Assembly (NCBI GenBank): GCA_964187785.1 | Contig: OZ076418.1 | Location: 51,770,001-51,834,000 of the forward strand | Reading direction: 5' to 3' | Origin: Amphiscolops sp. MND2022 | Taxonomy: Eukaryota | DNA length: 64,000 nt | In this document: positions 25,003 through 38,941 of the stretch, piece after piece | Numbering within the stretch: position 1 is the first letter of the stretch | Layout: every line of letters begins with the position of its first letter | Notes under the pieces: model-generated | Databases searched by the model: none | Told to the model about the DNA's origin: nothing | The model's input: only the letters and a program-made list of their open reading frames with translations | Translations under genes and position numbers: made by a program

Positions 25003-27169
25003 GTGATTACTTAATGAAAGACTCTTTTTGCATGCTTCAAGCAAAAAGTGAAAGCGCCTGGTTTACACATTTTTCAATTTTGACGTGTGAACTTTTTATA
25101 AATACAGTTTTTTTCAGTTCACCTAGTATGAATACCGAGATTTACACATTGCATCGATTTAGTCGAGGCGTACGTAACGATACGTGTCTAAACAATGATC
25201 AACAATCACACTTGAAGAAGCAACGAAACTGATAACACTATTGATATGAGAATTAGCCAAATGGCAGTAGACGTCAATACAAGAAAGTTCCTCAAACGGA
25301 AAACAAGGTGACAAAGTTGATTTATTCAGTGAGAGATTTTGAAAACACAATGTACTTTCTACTTAAATAAGTATTACAAACATTTCTATTTCGAGAGGAA
25401 CTGTGTATACTATAAATGAATTGAAACGTAGTAAAGGTTAAATGGTGTGATTATGGGGACGTGATGTTTTGAACTGTTGTCGCAGCCAGCTCCCGGTTTT
25501 TATCGCTTTGAACGCGAAAACTTCCATTGAAGTTACTGTGCTGAACTACTTGGAATGTGATGTCATCACGAGAGCAATGCTAGTAATACTTTTTTGTTTG
25601 GAATGAGTTTGTGACGTCACTAATCACAACATTGGAAAGATTTTCTACAGCTTGTTGAATTGTTTTCGTCACGCCTTGGTCAGCTAAAGCTTAATCTTGC
25701 TTACTCATTGACACTAAGTTGCATTTGAAGGTTGACTCAACTCTTCAATATCTTCAGTAGCTAAAGACTCTTTTTTGAACTCCTGAATAGTTCGTAGGGA
25801 TCACACGAAGATTAGGTCATATTTTAGATAGCTGTGTTGTTAAATAAAACTGAAAATACAGTACTTTGCTGTATAAATGTAATCTCCTATTAGTATTAAT
25901 AGCATTAGAGTGCATAGGCAAGCTAAAGTTGTTCAAAGCACAATTTTGTGCTCTCGATACCTCGGATTCCACGACCATACCTTTAACCGTGCAAAATTGG
26001 CAATTTACGTCATAAGTCCCGGATTCCACGGACAAGCACGAGAATTTTCGTGTCCCTGATTCCACGACAAGCAGCAAAATAGCTTGCCTATCAGTGAAAT
26101 GAGTGTAGAGTGACTATTACTCACCTTGGCAGTACGTCAAAGGAAACGTTTTCTCAACCTTTTCGTGAACGCTCATCAATCGAATCAGTTGAACTACCGT
26201 AAGTGATGTCCTAATCATGAAACCAGTAATTAGCGGCTATGGACTATGAATATCTCGGGATATTCAATATACATTCATGTGTAAATATCGTGTTATTAAG
26301 ACATCGTAATTATGTGACGTAAGGCCAACGTTGACTCAGGTCAACTGTGTCTGAATGTGCTTTTATTGTTTTATCATCCGAGAACTTTTCTGATGCTTAG
26401 GGTGATTTTGTCAATCGTTAAAACTGTAGATCACAACTATGGTATTACGTTGCTCTAGACTATTGTTCTCATTCGTGACTTCTAATCATTTATATGACGT
26501 AAGGTCGCCGTTCTAACCTGTTCATTGATGCTGTTTCATCAAGATCGTAACCAACATTTTATAATGAATTATGACGTTACGTAATGATGTTTTGTTATCA
26601 CCAGGGCATTTGTTGTTAAATGCATATTCTCTTCTAGTAACATTTCTCCTCTCCATTTTTGGCTTGTCATTCTTAGAACAGTTTTTCTCCGCTTCCTGTC
26701 AGTTTTGCGATTCATCATGTTATCTCGATTTTTCCTAATTTCTGAACTGGTAGTTGATAAGTTGACTAGTTGTTCACGCTTAGCGTACTTTCATCGCTAA
26801 ATTATGATTTAGCCTGATTTCGCCGCTGTAATGACGCTAACACAGGAAGTATGTTCACGTGAACAAAATTGTTTTCAACAAAGAATGACGATGGTTGACG
26901 CAATTAAGAATTCCTATTTCTGATTGTTGACGCCGGAGTGAAATAATATTAATAAGCAGGTGTTTTAGTCGGCGCATTCTAGTAGAAAATGTGCCCGACT
27001 ATTACAGTGGGTAGTTTTTTTAGACACGAATGGTCCACTTTTTTGTTCATTTGTTCAACAACCTCAAACCTCAACAACTGCAAACCTCAACAACTCAAAC
27101 CTCAGAAGCGCAATCAAAACGAAAAGAAAAAACAAAACAGACGTCCACAACCTCGAAAACACACTAAAG

Positions 27170-27505
27170 ATCTCACCTTAGCCCCACTTTTTTTCGGCAC
27201 TATGCGACTTTTTTCGAAGTTTTTTGGATTGCACCAGAGGGTCCCCCTTCATTTGTTCCGATAGTTTGCAACACAATGGATGTCAAAAAATCGCAAAGGG
27301 TCCCCCCTTTTACATTTTTCGGCACTGTGACACTGTTCAAAAATCTCCTTAAAAAATTTTTTTGGGAAGTTGTTTCATGTGTCCAAAGGGTCTTTCAATT
27401 TTTTTAAATTTTTTGCAACCAGCTGGAGTTTCACAAAGCCCGAAGGGTCCCACTTTTAAAGTTTGAGCCTTAGATATAGCGCCGACGTTGGCCGTTCTCG
27501 GCTTG
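27170..27505 (+). repeat. Dispersed non-autonomous repeat (TTTTTCGGCACT/GGGTCCCCC family) with a hairpin-CTTGTT end
   Basis: Internal repeats TTTTCGGCACT and a terminal GCCGAC...TCGGCTTGTT. Related sequences at ~43560-43900 (opposite strand) and ~51190-51890. Confidence 0.5.
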
Positions 27506-28059
27506 TTATTAACAGGTTGTATGAGATTATATACAAGAGTATAAGTATATTTGTTCGTAAATTAACAGTTCAGTTATCATTTTCATATTTCTGTCGACTT
27601 TTGAACGATTGTGTTGATATAATCAAAAAGACACGAATCAAATTTTTTCGTACCAGAAAAGTCTGAATTTACATCTATGCGGAGTTTCTCAACTTCTATA
27701 AGATCCAAAACGAATCTAAAAAAGAAAACTCCACTAGTGAGTCGTAACAACTGTAAACAATCGAACAGTAAAAAGTATTTTTGGTCGGTCCTTTTCATCT
27801 TGTGAGCTTGGAAAAGAAAAAAAAGATTTTCTTCCATTGTTTTGTATGGAACTTTCTCATTTATTATATTTAGGGTGTTCATGAGGGTTTGAACTGTTTT
27901 TTTTGAAAAACATTTGCAAAGTCTTTCGGATGTTATTTTCATATCTGAATAACCAATATGTGTTCTTTCATGCATCAAGAGGCATTTGTAATCCAAAAAG
28001 ACCCAACCGTAGGGTTTCATGTCAAAAATTGAGATCTGTTGAAACGTCAAAATTACCGT

Positions 28060-29000
28060 TTTTGAAAAGAGGTTAAATTACACGGTACTACTGCTTTGTG
28101 ACTGTTGTGAACAAGTTTTCACTGATACCAGTAATTAAAATAATGTACTGTTTGCCTAAAAAAGTGTGCACTTGAATGTTGGAAAGAAGTTGTCCTCATA
28201 AATTGATGGCGTCCTCATCGAAATTTAGATGATGCATTTTTTCTGAAAGGATTTCATCAAACGAGCAATTGAATGCTGTTGATAAGTCCAAAAAGCTGCT
28301 GCAGTGCTTCGATTATCATCAAAATCTATCCTTGTTTTCAGTAGCGTGTAGTAGGGCATTAGTTGTTGAGTAGTTTGCTCGGAGTCTAACTGGCACGTTC
28401 AAATGTTTTCTGAAGATATGTTCAAAAACTTGCAAGGCCAAAGGTGATCGATAATGGTCTGTAATTATCACGACTTAGATTATTACCTAATTTGTAATTC
28501 ACTATTACGTGTGCTTGTTTTAGGGGGTCTGGAAAAAAACCCTTTCCAATGAAGTCAATTATCATGAAGCAAAGCAGTTCAGCTAAAAAATTCAAACCAT
28601 CTTTCAGCGCCCAAGCTGGAATGTCAGATGCTGCGTCCAACGGTTTGTTCTTGTTTACCCGTTTCAAATGATTTTTTCGCATTCAAATATGCTCATGTGA
28701 TGAAAAGTGAACCTTCTATTTTTTGTTTTGCATTTGTTTCGACGCAGTTTTCATGTTTTGTTTGGCTTGTCCGAAGTATTCTCGGAATTATGGAATTCGA
28801 TAGTTCACTAGGTTAGCACTTTTTTTGGTCGGTTACTGTTACCAAACTGTTGTTCATGTAGATTATTTCAGTTTCCGCTTTTTGTTGTTTCTGGCTTCAT
28901 TGATAGAATTCCATCTGTCGCGTTCAGACTTTAAATTATTGAAGTTATCATTCAATTTGGAATTCTGAACGATTAGAGTTAATATTTTCATGATTTATTT
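28060..29000 (-). mobile_element. Degraded non-LTR retrotransposon (LINE) ORF2 remnant
   Basis: Translation gives ...DIPAWALKD...FP..LK.A.V...NYRPLS, then FR..YSTT.ALLHATE and an FLDLS.AF-like RT motif across frameshifts. Confidence 0.7.
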
Positions 29001-30852
29001 TGAATTTGTTGCTGTGGTAAAGACTGTGGCTTCGTGCTACAGTTAATTTTCCAGAACAATTTTTCCGTGCACTTTTTTTAGTTTTTTAAATGTTAACTCG
29101 TTTTTTTCGCTCCTAATGAAAACTGCTTTTGGCTGCACAGTACCGCAATGCTTTTGTTCTAAAATAATCCGCGAATACTAGAGACATTCCTTCAGCAAAA
29201 CTTTGAATATAGAACAAACACCACTTCCTATTACTAATCAAGTTTCTCAGTTCTTCTACTCTGTAGTCTGTTTTATCAAAAAGTTCTTTTGGTATATTTT
29301 TTGTCCGATAATTCAAAGAACGCGACAGATCCTACGTCTTTTTCTACTTTCGGCGTCAAACAATTCAGATCTTTGTTAAAATAAAGAATGTTTTGGAGCT
29401 AAAGGAACAAAAAAAAGCCCATCTTTGAAAACATTTAAGACGGTACCTATTAAAGAAGACACGATGACCAAGATGTCGAGATAAATGCAAAAACTGAAAA
29501 AGTACAAAGAATTCCAATTACTCGACTAAAGTCAGTCCGTTCTGAGAAGAGACCAGAAAACCAGCTTGCCACAACCAGCGAGCAGTTTGTGAAATTCGGT
29601 GAAACTATGAAAGTGGGAAAATGGATACTTCAAAAAGTCTGCAAGTCAAAACTCGAACGATTCATTTTGATGTTAACATACACAGCTGACGAAGTAGAAT
29701 GTCGAAAATCACAGTTTACCGCCTGTGAACAAAATTCATCAAGGAACCTCTTTTCAGGGTAAACTGGAACAAATTGAGAAGTTTTCCAATTTGGAGACAG
29801 AAACCTGGTTGAATAAACGATTTTACACAAACATGCAATAAAAAAAGTGGATCAAGTCTTTAAACATTCTAAGGAAGAATTCAAAATTACTACAACTTGT
29901 TATCACAATGGAAAAGGTACTGTGTCGTCATCAATTTCGCTTTGCTGGGAATCTTTTGACTTTTCCCTAGTTAAGATGCGTTCAATTCAAGTTTGATTCG
30001 GGGAGTTTTCCATCAGTTTTCTTGAGATTCCTAACTTCGACGGTCCTATTTAATCTACTGGTCCATATTTACCCCTAACCTGGTCATTTAACTGCCAATA
30101 GTTTTTTTGGATTACAGGAAGTACTTTCTCATTTATAGCTGAGTTTATTGAATCCAATAACTGAGTATTTTAGTCCTTTTCAACTCATTCAACTTTCTAG
30201 AGACTTGGTTCGTAACCAGTGTTTATCATTCTTGCGGTCTCATTTGTAACTTCACTGTTGTCGCTGCCATTGGTATTCAGTAGGGATCTAAAATTCTCGC
30301 CATTTTGAATAACTTGTCTAACTCGTTTCTGGATTAATCAACTGTTATCTAATCCATATTTTCTATATCAGACATTACGTCCGTCTGCCTGGAACGCTCT
30401 TTTCTGGCTTTCTGCTTCCTAGTTGAACGAATTGAGAAAATGATTGACCAATGAAAAGTCTATTGATGAGCTTGTTATTTCAAACGAATTGACTATGTTG
30501 ATTAACACTGGTAAAAACAGAACTAAAACAGTAAGGAAGAATCAAAGTGCAATAAAAGTCTGTTTGATATTGAGTTGTTCCTATCACGGAAAATTGAGTT
30601 GTGTCTCTTAGACCTCGGGGTTCTTGAGTTTGGATGGGTTGCACCAGGATACTCAAATTAGTGAAATTATTATACAAAATTGAAATATGGCCTTGACGTC
30701 ACAATGACATCCTTCTGGGTTAAGGCTAAAAATAGTATCATTACCTTTTCTGAATTCTATAAATAAATCAAGAAAAGGGAAGAGGCGGTACGCCTTTCAA
30801 GTCTAGCATCAACTATATGTGACAGGTAATCAATTACATAATTCACAGGTAC

Positions 30853-31049
30853 TGAAGTAACTTGGAGAAACAAGAGGATAAATACAGTGAATTAAAAAGC
30901 AAGAGTGTAAGTATCGAAGCCACTCTAAATTGTAACTGATATCTCAGTGAGTTTCTATATACGCATTAACATTACATGACATCATAAAAGTGGCAGGTAG
31001 TTCAATGTTCATTTTAACTGTATTGTTCATTTTGCCATTTCATGCCACA
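30853..31049 (-). repeat. 3' LTR of the Mag element
   Basis: Direct repeat of 36137-36333 with TG...CA ends. Confidence 0.95.
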
Positions 31050-31189
31050 TTCCCCTTCTTCCGGGACCTTCTAAGGGAACCATTGTTGCCGTGGAATGTC
31101 TTTCTTGATCCGTGGAAATGGAGTGAACGGGAATCGAGCTGGAGTGGTGAAAGTGTAGGCGTCTCCTAAACGTAAAAGATTTAAAAATA

Positions 31190-34100
31190 TTATACCCCAC
31201 CTAGTTTCACTACTCTTCGTGCTGATTTTATTCTTTCGGATCTACGTGGTTCAGGTTCTGATTTTATTTGATTTTTTCTAAAGTAAGAGTTTTGTTCCGC
31301 CCTAATTTTACCTGTTATCCCGTCTCCTGGTTCGGCGATTTCGATTCCGGTATCAAGCGTTGTTTGGCGGTGTATCGGTGTGCCCTGAACGTCCGGTTGT
31401 GGTGGAGTGCTGGCCCGTCCGGTGCTACATCCGACTTGTGTTGTGGGTGCCGGTGTCTGTTCCCGCAATCTTTCAATTTCTCGTCCGATCTCGGCTCTGA
31501 GGTCTGTCTCCTCCGGATCGTCTTCTTCTCTGTCGGAGTTGGGGTTATCTTCTCCCGAGCTGGGGTCGGCGGTGTTGGATTCTTTGCTGGATGAATCGTA
31601 AGTGATTATCCGCTTGTACTTCTTCTTTGCGGGCATTGTCGGGAAGTTGCGGCTGGTGCTAGGTCCTTCCTCGGCGTCATTGTTATTGCTGTCTAATTGT
31701 CGGTGTGCTTCGCAGTATTTGTCGCTGCTGAATTCTCCGCACCTTTTGCAGCGGGTGATGGCCTTCTTCGGTTCGTCTGGTTTCCTTTGGGTCTGAAATT
31801 TTAAAGGTTTAGAGGCGAGTTTTTTGTGTATTATCCTCCCATCGGAGGTGGTGACAGTATGATCGGTTTCTTTTGTTGCCGTTAAAATTTTATCTGTTTT
31901 AAAACCACATTTCATTGAATTGGGTCTGTTTTCTTTTTCTAAAAACTGATATTTTTTGAATTTCCGGCTTACCGAACGGCTTCTTTTTCGAGTATCGTTG
32001 AGCACCAGGTAGTCGGCCATTTCCCCTTCAGCATCGTTGATGGTGACTACTTGTAACTCCGTTGGTTGTGCTAAAATGTAATTGGTTAGCGTTTTCTTCC
32101 AATTGGATAGCAGACATTCAGGTTCACCGATTATGTTGATAAGTGCAGTTCGTGGTTTTCTGCCTAAGTGCATTTGAAAAGGCGTCATGTTTAGTCTACT
32201 GTGTGGAGTTTGTCTGATTGTTTTGATTGCTAATTGGATGCTGTCTTCAAATTTTAATCCATCGGTCGTATTCGCTCTAGTTAATGACTTAATTGTCCGT
32301 ATCATACGCTCGACTAGACCAGTGCCGGTATGTAGGTTCGGAGTGCATCTTATACGTTTTATGTTTTCATCCGTACGAAATTTTTTGAATTCGCTGCTTT
32401 TAAAGCAGCTGCCGTTATCGGTTCTAATGCACTGTGGTGTCCCGTTGTTTGTGAAATATTCGGTTAAAAATTTTAAAACGGTCCGAGTATCCGCACTTTT
32501 ACATACTTGTGCGGTGGGCCATTTGCTAAAACGGTCTACTGCTACTAAAATGTAAACGTCACCGCGTGATTTTGATTTAATTGGACCGGCGAAATCCAAT
32601 TGAATCTCCTGATTCGGTTCGGTTAAAATTTCTAAATTATTTTTTTCCGTTGACGGAATTTGTGTAATGATGTTCTTACCTGCATCTCTACAGCTCGGGC
32701 ATGTTTCCGCTTTTTCGTGTACATCTCGGTTCAGGCCGGGCCACCAGAAGGCTTCTGCGAGTTGTTCCATTTTGTTTTTGGAGACATGGCCGTGATGTAG
32801 CATAGCAATGATTGTCGACCGCATGTTTTCCGGTATGACTATTTTGTCGTTGTAAAATAGCAGTCCGAATCTGGTTGATAGATGTAGACAGTGAGGGCGG
32901 TATGGATAGAATATGCTCTCCAGTTGTTGCTGTTCGATTGCGGCAATTGTATTTAGGATTTTGATATCGCGTGCTGTCTCCTCCACCAGTAGGGGCAGGT
33001 CCAATGCACAACCTTCTCTGCTTTCTTTAGTACGTCGGCGGTCTTCTCATTTTGCTCCGGCTCTAGCGTGTTCAGTTTGGCCGTCTGCTTCAGTCTAATG
33101 AGATTGACCGTTTCGTGTTTCTTGAACCGTCTCAATGCGTTGGTGGGGCATTTGTCTTGTTTTGTCCGGCTCGTCTGGCTTTCTCCATCGGATTGATTGC
33201 TGTTGGTCCAGGATTCATTGTTGTTCTGTTGAAATTCTTGTAAAGGGGTCGTGTTTAATGTTTCGCAATAGTGGAAGAAACGGTTATAAATTTCAATGTT
33301 TAATTCCGCAATTCGTTTTCGCCCCGCTTGATTGGGCCTATATTCCTGAATTCTTTCACTTTCTTTGCCCTTCCCCACTATTCGAGTTTTGTCCGGTTTC
33401 AGGATATGGTTTCTTTCGATCCATAAACGCTTCGTTTCTGGTGAATGGCCTCTCGTTTTGAATATAAAATCCATATCAATTCCGTTGACCTTGTCCATTT
33501 TATTGCTTGACGACGGTAAAGTTTTGAATGAGTTTGGAATGCTGCTGTTTGGTAACGGTGAGGCTTTAAGCAAGTGAGTATTTTGGTTCCGTTCGCGTGT
33601 GTTAGAGCCGCGTTGTGATTGGTTGAATTTTTCTGTCGTGTCTTTTCGTTCAGTGAATCGTTTTATGCTGCCGCGTTTTTGGTTGAATTCTAATAAGCCG
33701 TATATTTGATTAATGACGAACTCTTCTTCGGCTTCCGCTTCGGTTAATCCGTCCGCTTTGTTTTCTAGTTCGGCGATCTCGGATGGTATAATCGGATGAC
33801 GGCTCAAATAGTCCGTCAGCGGAATGTTTTTACCGGCCGTGTATTGAACATTGACATCGAAATTGCTCAATCTATCCAGCCAACGTGTTAATCGTGCGCT
33901 GTATTGCTTATGAGCTCGGTTCTTTTTCAATAGCGGTTGTAACGCCTGGTGATCTGTTAACAAATTTACTCTTTTTCCATATACAAAATACCTGAAGTAT
34001 TCTAAACCCCACAGAGCCCCTAGTAATTCTAGTTCATTAATTGCGTATTTCTTTTCACAATCAGTTAAAAATCTACTTGCGAATGCTACGGCTCTAAAAG

Positions 34101-36101
34101 TTTCACCTTCTTTCTGCCATAGTGTTGCGCCCAGTCCGGTATTGCACGCATCTGTGGTGATGTAGTTTTCCTTCTGTGGGTCGAAATGTGCTAGGCATAC
34201 CGTAGGGATGTCGGATAAGCCGTAGAAGCCTTCCTTGAACCGGTAGTGTCCGGTGAATTCTCCCCCAATGATGGAGAATACGCAGTGTCTTGCGGCTTCT
34301 TTCGACAATTTCGCTTGTCCGTATGCATAATCCAGATCGATTTTGGACATCCAAATATCCCCATTTCCTTTGGTAATTTTTGCGGAGATTTTGCTAATCA
34401 GTTCTTCCATGTTCGGCATTGCAGCTTTTCTTTTTATACATGCGTCGTTCAGTTTTCGTGAATCCAGAGCTATTTTGACTGATTTGTCATTTTTGATGGT
34501 GATAACTGCGGGTGATACAAAACAATTTTCAGTTGTTCTGTCAGCCTTTTCCAGATGTCCTTTGTCTATCAGTTTTTCTAACTCTTCACGGACAATTTTT
34601 TGAAAATGGATAGGGACCGGCCGTCCCTTTTGCTGGATTGGCTTGACGTCTTTTTTCAACTGAATGTCAATGGTAAGGTCTTTGATAGTGTGGTTGTTTT
34701 TGAATAGATCTTCGTATTCGTTGAGGATTCTTTTTCTTCTTTCGTCTTCTGTCACATGACGAATAACATTTGTTTTCTTGCTGCCTTGTAATCCAATTTC
34801 CAATTTATCAAGCCAGTCCAAGCCCAATAATGGTTGAGTATTTTCATTTTCTGTTATTAAGATTGGTAATATCTCTCTGCTTTTTTCTGTTTTCACTTCA
34901 ACCATGGCTTCCCCCTTGAATTTTATTGGATTCTTGTTTACGTCCACAAATGTTTTTGTCGTTTTCTTCACTTCGGTCAAATCAATAAATGGCGGAATAA
35001 TTGTCACTGGAGAGCCGGTATCAATAATGAATTCTATTGGCTGGCCGTGGACCAATAGGATAGTTTTGTAGAAGTCGACTCGGTTAATACCGTTCACGGA
35101 TTGAATGTGGTCCACTTCCGGCCATGATTCGGTGTTACTGTCCGATGAAACCACTTCGGCTATCCGGCTTACGGTCTTGGATTTGCAAACCTTGGCAAAG
35201 TGTCCCATCTTTTTGCAATTATTACATTGTGCTCTCCGTGCCGGGCAAATGTGTTCCATGGACCAGTTTGGCTTTCCGCAGAAGCGACAGTTTTTGTTCG
35301 TTAATTTCTTTTTGTCGTTAAATTGTGTTCTCCGCTTCCGTGATTGGTTCGTATGTCCGATTAGTTTGGTGCTTGTTGAACTACTTGTGGAATCTTTTTT
35401 GGCTTTTTTGGTTTTGGGTTTTTTATCACCGTACTTTCTGTTGTAATTGTCGAGCTCTATGGTCTCTAATACCAATTGTATTTTCAGAGGGCCCTTTATG
35501 AATTTGTCTCGGGCTCGTTTATCTTTAATTGTGGCTGCAAATTTGTACGTGATGATTTCTTCTGCCGTTATGTTCCCAAAGTCACACTTTCTCTCGATGT
35601 CCACGAGCCTCTTCCAATATTCATCTAAAGTCTCGTTATCGTCCTGCTTCATATTGAAAAATTGGGCCATGCTGTGGAAGACGTTTCTTACCGGGAGAAA
35701 TGTTTTTTGAATAGTGTCAATAATTCTGGCAATTTGACATCTTTTATTTCTCGACCCCATTGTCCTCTCATGATTTCATGTTTGGCTTTTGGGCCTAGAG
35801 CCCAGATAACGTCACTTTTTATGTGGTATACCGTGTGAGGGTCCATGTATTCTACTCCTTCATCGGTAATTTCGTCCAAGTTTCGGTTGTAGGTCAAAAG
35901 AATGTATTCCGAAAATTGTTCCCACCACATCTTTGGGTTGGCCTTGGTAAGATCGGTTTCTCTATCAGACAAAATGGGAATCTTGTACTTGCTTTTTTCC
36001 GCTCTTTCTGACATCGTTTGGTTGTTGGTTGTCCGTGTTGTCTGTTCCGAAGACATCGGTCTGTCCTCCGTGGAATTGAGGTCAGTATTGTTGTTATCCA
36101 T
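31190..36101 (-). pseudogene. gag-pol of the Mag element, with frameshifts near 35705 and 33005 and an in-frame RT deletion at 34197/34198
   Basis: Protease IIDTGS, RT IALDSRKLN, RNase H TTDACNTGLG, integrase H.GH...C..C, QLDFAGP, TDNG, GLVER. No YxDD motif present. Confidence 0.9.
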
Positions 36102-36136
36102 TATTTTTCTTTTTGTTCAAGATGCTGACTGCGCCA

Positions 36137-36333
36137 TGAAGTAACTTGGAGAAACAAGAGGATAAATACAGTGAATTAAAAAGCAAGAGTGTAAGTATCG
36201 AAGCCAATCTAAATTGTAACTGATATCTCAGTGAGTTTCTATTAACGCATTAACATTACATGACATCATAAAAGTGGCAGGTAGTTCAATGTTCATTTTA
36301 ACTGTATTGTTCATTTTGCCATTTCATGCCACA
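36137..36333 (-). repeat. 5' LTR of the Mag element
   Basis: Direct repeat of 30853-31049. Confidence 0.95.
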
Positions 36334-38941
36334 GGTACATATAATTTCATGCTGCGGACCTACGTTCCAATTGACTGAGTGCATCCTAATAAACTAGCAC
36401 GGTATTCTTTTTGAACGCGTTCCCTTTAACTTTATATGTTGATTTCAAAAATGATGTTACATTTGCTACTTGTACGCACTACGCAAGTTACTGCTTTACA
36501 TGAGAGCTTGTTTTTGTGATTTCGTAAACATAATTAATGTAATTAATGTAACAAACAGAGTCTTGAAATTAAGTTTAAATACTTTGCATATTAAAAATGT
36601 TTGTAGTTTGTAGGACCAATGATCCGTCTGTTTATATCGGCAAAACTCCTGGGAGTGTGGTGAAATTGTCGCAATTACGAGTGGCCTCTTGGTATCGGTT
36701 GCTCTCGCAGACGGCAGCCTGCGAAATACGAACTCTACTCGGTATGGATTTGTTAGACGAACTGATCACCGAATTCTCTATACAATATTTGATTTCATAG
36801 AAAAACAAAGAATACAACAATCGAAACAAAGAATAACGCAATCACGGATCATTCGGAGAAGTCAATCGAGTTTTTGGAACTGTCAAAAATTTCTTCGAAA
36901 CAAACTCTAACTTATGAAGTATCGAATTGGATATCCATACTCAAATATCATTCAGCATAAAGTTCAACCCAATAAACATTCAGCATAAATACCTGTAGAT
37001 AAATACTTTTCTACAGGATTGAGTATGAAACAAAATGACAAGACTCTTGAAAACAGGCAATCTACTAACTGCAACTAAACTGAAAACAACTAAATCAATG
37101 GCGGTAACAATGGTAAATGATGGGACTCCCATGAAACTTTCGTTTTCGACTCTAGAGAAACAATGACACACGCTCAAAGAAACAACCTCAAGTTCCAAAT
37201 CTGAAGGCGCTAACTAGGGAATTATCAATATCAATTCTAACAATTCTAATAATACCAAAAAACTGCTATGAATTTCCAAAGAAGAATTTTTCTATTTTCT
37301 AGATTTTTAGAGATACGAAGAAGTCAACATAGAACTACTAATCAATTACTGACAAGACCTCATGTTCGTAAAGAACGTAAGTTGCATTTTTAGAAGAGTT
37401 CATTTTCGCTGTATGGTTTTGTGTTTGTGTGCTTATGAATGGGCGTTTAGTCATTGACCTTCACTAAAAAAAATATCATAAAACTTGAAACAGCTTCAAC
37501 GTATTTTTTAAGATGGCTCATTGGATACAACATAGAAATCCCAAAAGATGCTTGCAGTTTGGCCAACACACGAAGCGACATTTATCGGTATCTCAAAAAC
37601 CAGAGTCCCCAGGAAAGAGTTTTCCACACTCCCTATTGACTAACTTTTACGGATTTTTAAAATCAGAAAAGCATCAAAACATCAAAACCAGTTATGCCGT
37701 ATCCATTTTAAAGTAGCCCGAGAGCACCTTCCATTACATGCAAATCCCTTGTATTAAGTCCCCGAGTGACAAGGAGGAGCATTTATTACACTTGAACGAA
37801 TGTCTTCACACAAAAATTTTTTGGCACCTCATTTTCAGACCAACTATGGAAGATCTTTTAGCGAAGGAGTCTGGATCACTATAGAGTTCCCACTTCCCGA
37901 AAAACCAGTCCACTGAGGAAGCGTCCCTATAAGTAGGGTATAATGCCCTCAAAATTAGCCCTTTGGACTACTGACCAGCTATTTACGCTATAATTGGATC
38001 ATGATTGCTAATCTGTGAATCAAATTTGAACCTCATCGGATAACCTTGGTTTACATCTAATAGAAAGCTTTCTTGCACTGTTGACGGCTCTGCCAACGAA
38101 TCTACAGTCGCGGTCATAATAGTTAGGACACAATGATTTGCTGAGTTTTTTCACAAAAACCACCACTTAATAATAGAACAGATATAAACAAAAAGGATAT
38201 ATCATACATATGTCAAAGCTTGAACTCTATGTTTTGATCAGTTGCTCAGTTTCATATTTTATTTAACAACCTGTCGTATCGATCGAATTGTTTTCAGTTG
38301 CGTTCTGGCAATCTGTTCTAACTATTCTGTCCTGTGTCCACGACTGTAGCTGCTAGCAGTACCTTTCCCCACCCGCAGAGGCATCCTGTACCAGACTTAC
38401 TGATTCGGGAACAGGTTTCCAAACGTTTGGTCTTGTACTTAATAGAGATAGAACTGAAAGGTCCTCACTCAATCAAGAAAGCCATTACTTTGGTACTGGT
38501 TTCACACTGTTATTCGACTAGATCAGAAAAGGAAAAAGGTAAGGAAACTTTGTTTGAAAGGATATACAACAATAATGAGTTGAATAGGCAAATGTATGGT
38601 ACAGTCATGAAATTGTATTGAAGATCGATATGCTAACAGCACTACCTATGACAAAAAGTTCCGAACTTTTTGAGCTGTACAGATATTTGCGAGTTGAGCA
38701 AACGCGTTCATATTTTTGGGTATCAAATCCCTGTCTTTTAGCCAGTTGTATGCTTGCCGTAATCTATTTTCAACTGATTTCGATTCAGTGACAGTCCCAC
38801 ATTAGGGGATAGGTAACAGTCCCTTTTGGCTCCTTCTAATATAATATGAATGATTATTCTGAGTCTGCTGTATTTGGTAAACCGAGAGATGATTTCACTC
38901 TCAATTGTTTGAAAATTTCTGTGAAAACCTCCATTAGATAT

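Larger units (their letters stand above)
30853..36333 (-). mobile_element. Mag-clade Ty3/Gypsy LTR retrotransposon (5481 bp), defective
   Basis: 197-bp LTRs at 30853-31049 and 36137-36333 (3 differences); TSD GGTAC; PBS TGGCGCAGTCAGCA (tRNA-Ser-like) at 36123-36136; PPT GGAAGAAGGGGAA at 31050-31062; Mag-type double knuckle CRFCG...HICPA...CNNCKKMGHFAKVC. Confidence 0.93.
29923..36726 (-). mobile_element. Old solo-LTR remnant (~1.3 kb) of the large Gypsy family, split by the Mag element
   Basis: The left part translates to RSTRKQKARKERSRQTDVMSDIENMD (gag N-terminus homolog, ~30435 downward). The right part (36632-36726) translates to SQAAVCESN...TLPGVLPI (ORF3 C-terminus homolog). Ends and TSD are degenerate. 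Confidence 0.6.

Noticed and set aside
37650-38621. Relatively GC-rich segment with short ORFs
   Set aside because: All frames are broken by stops and no family motif could be identified with confidence.
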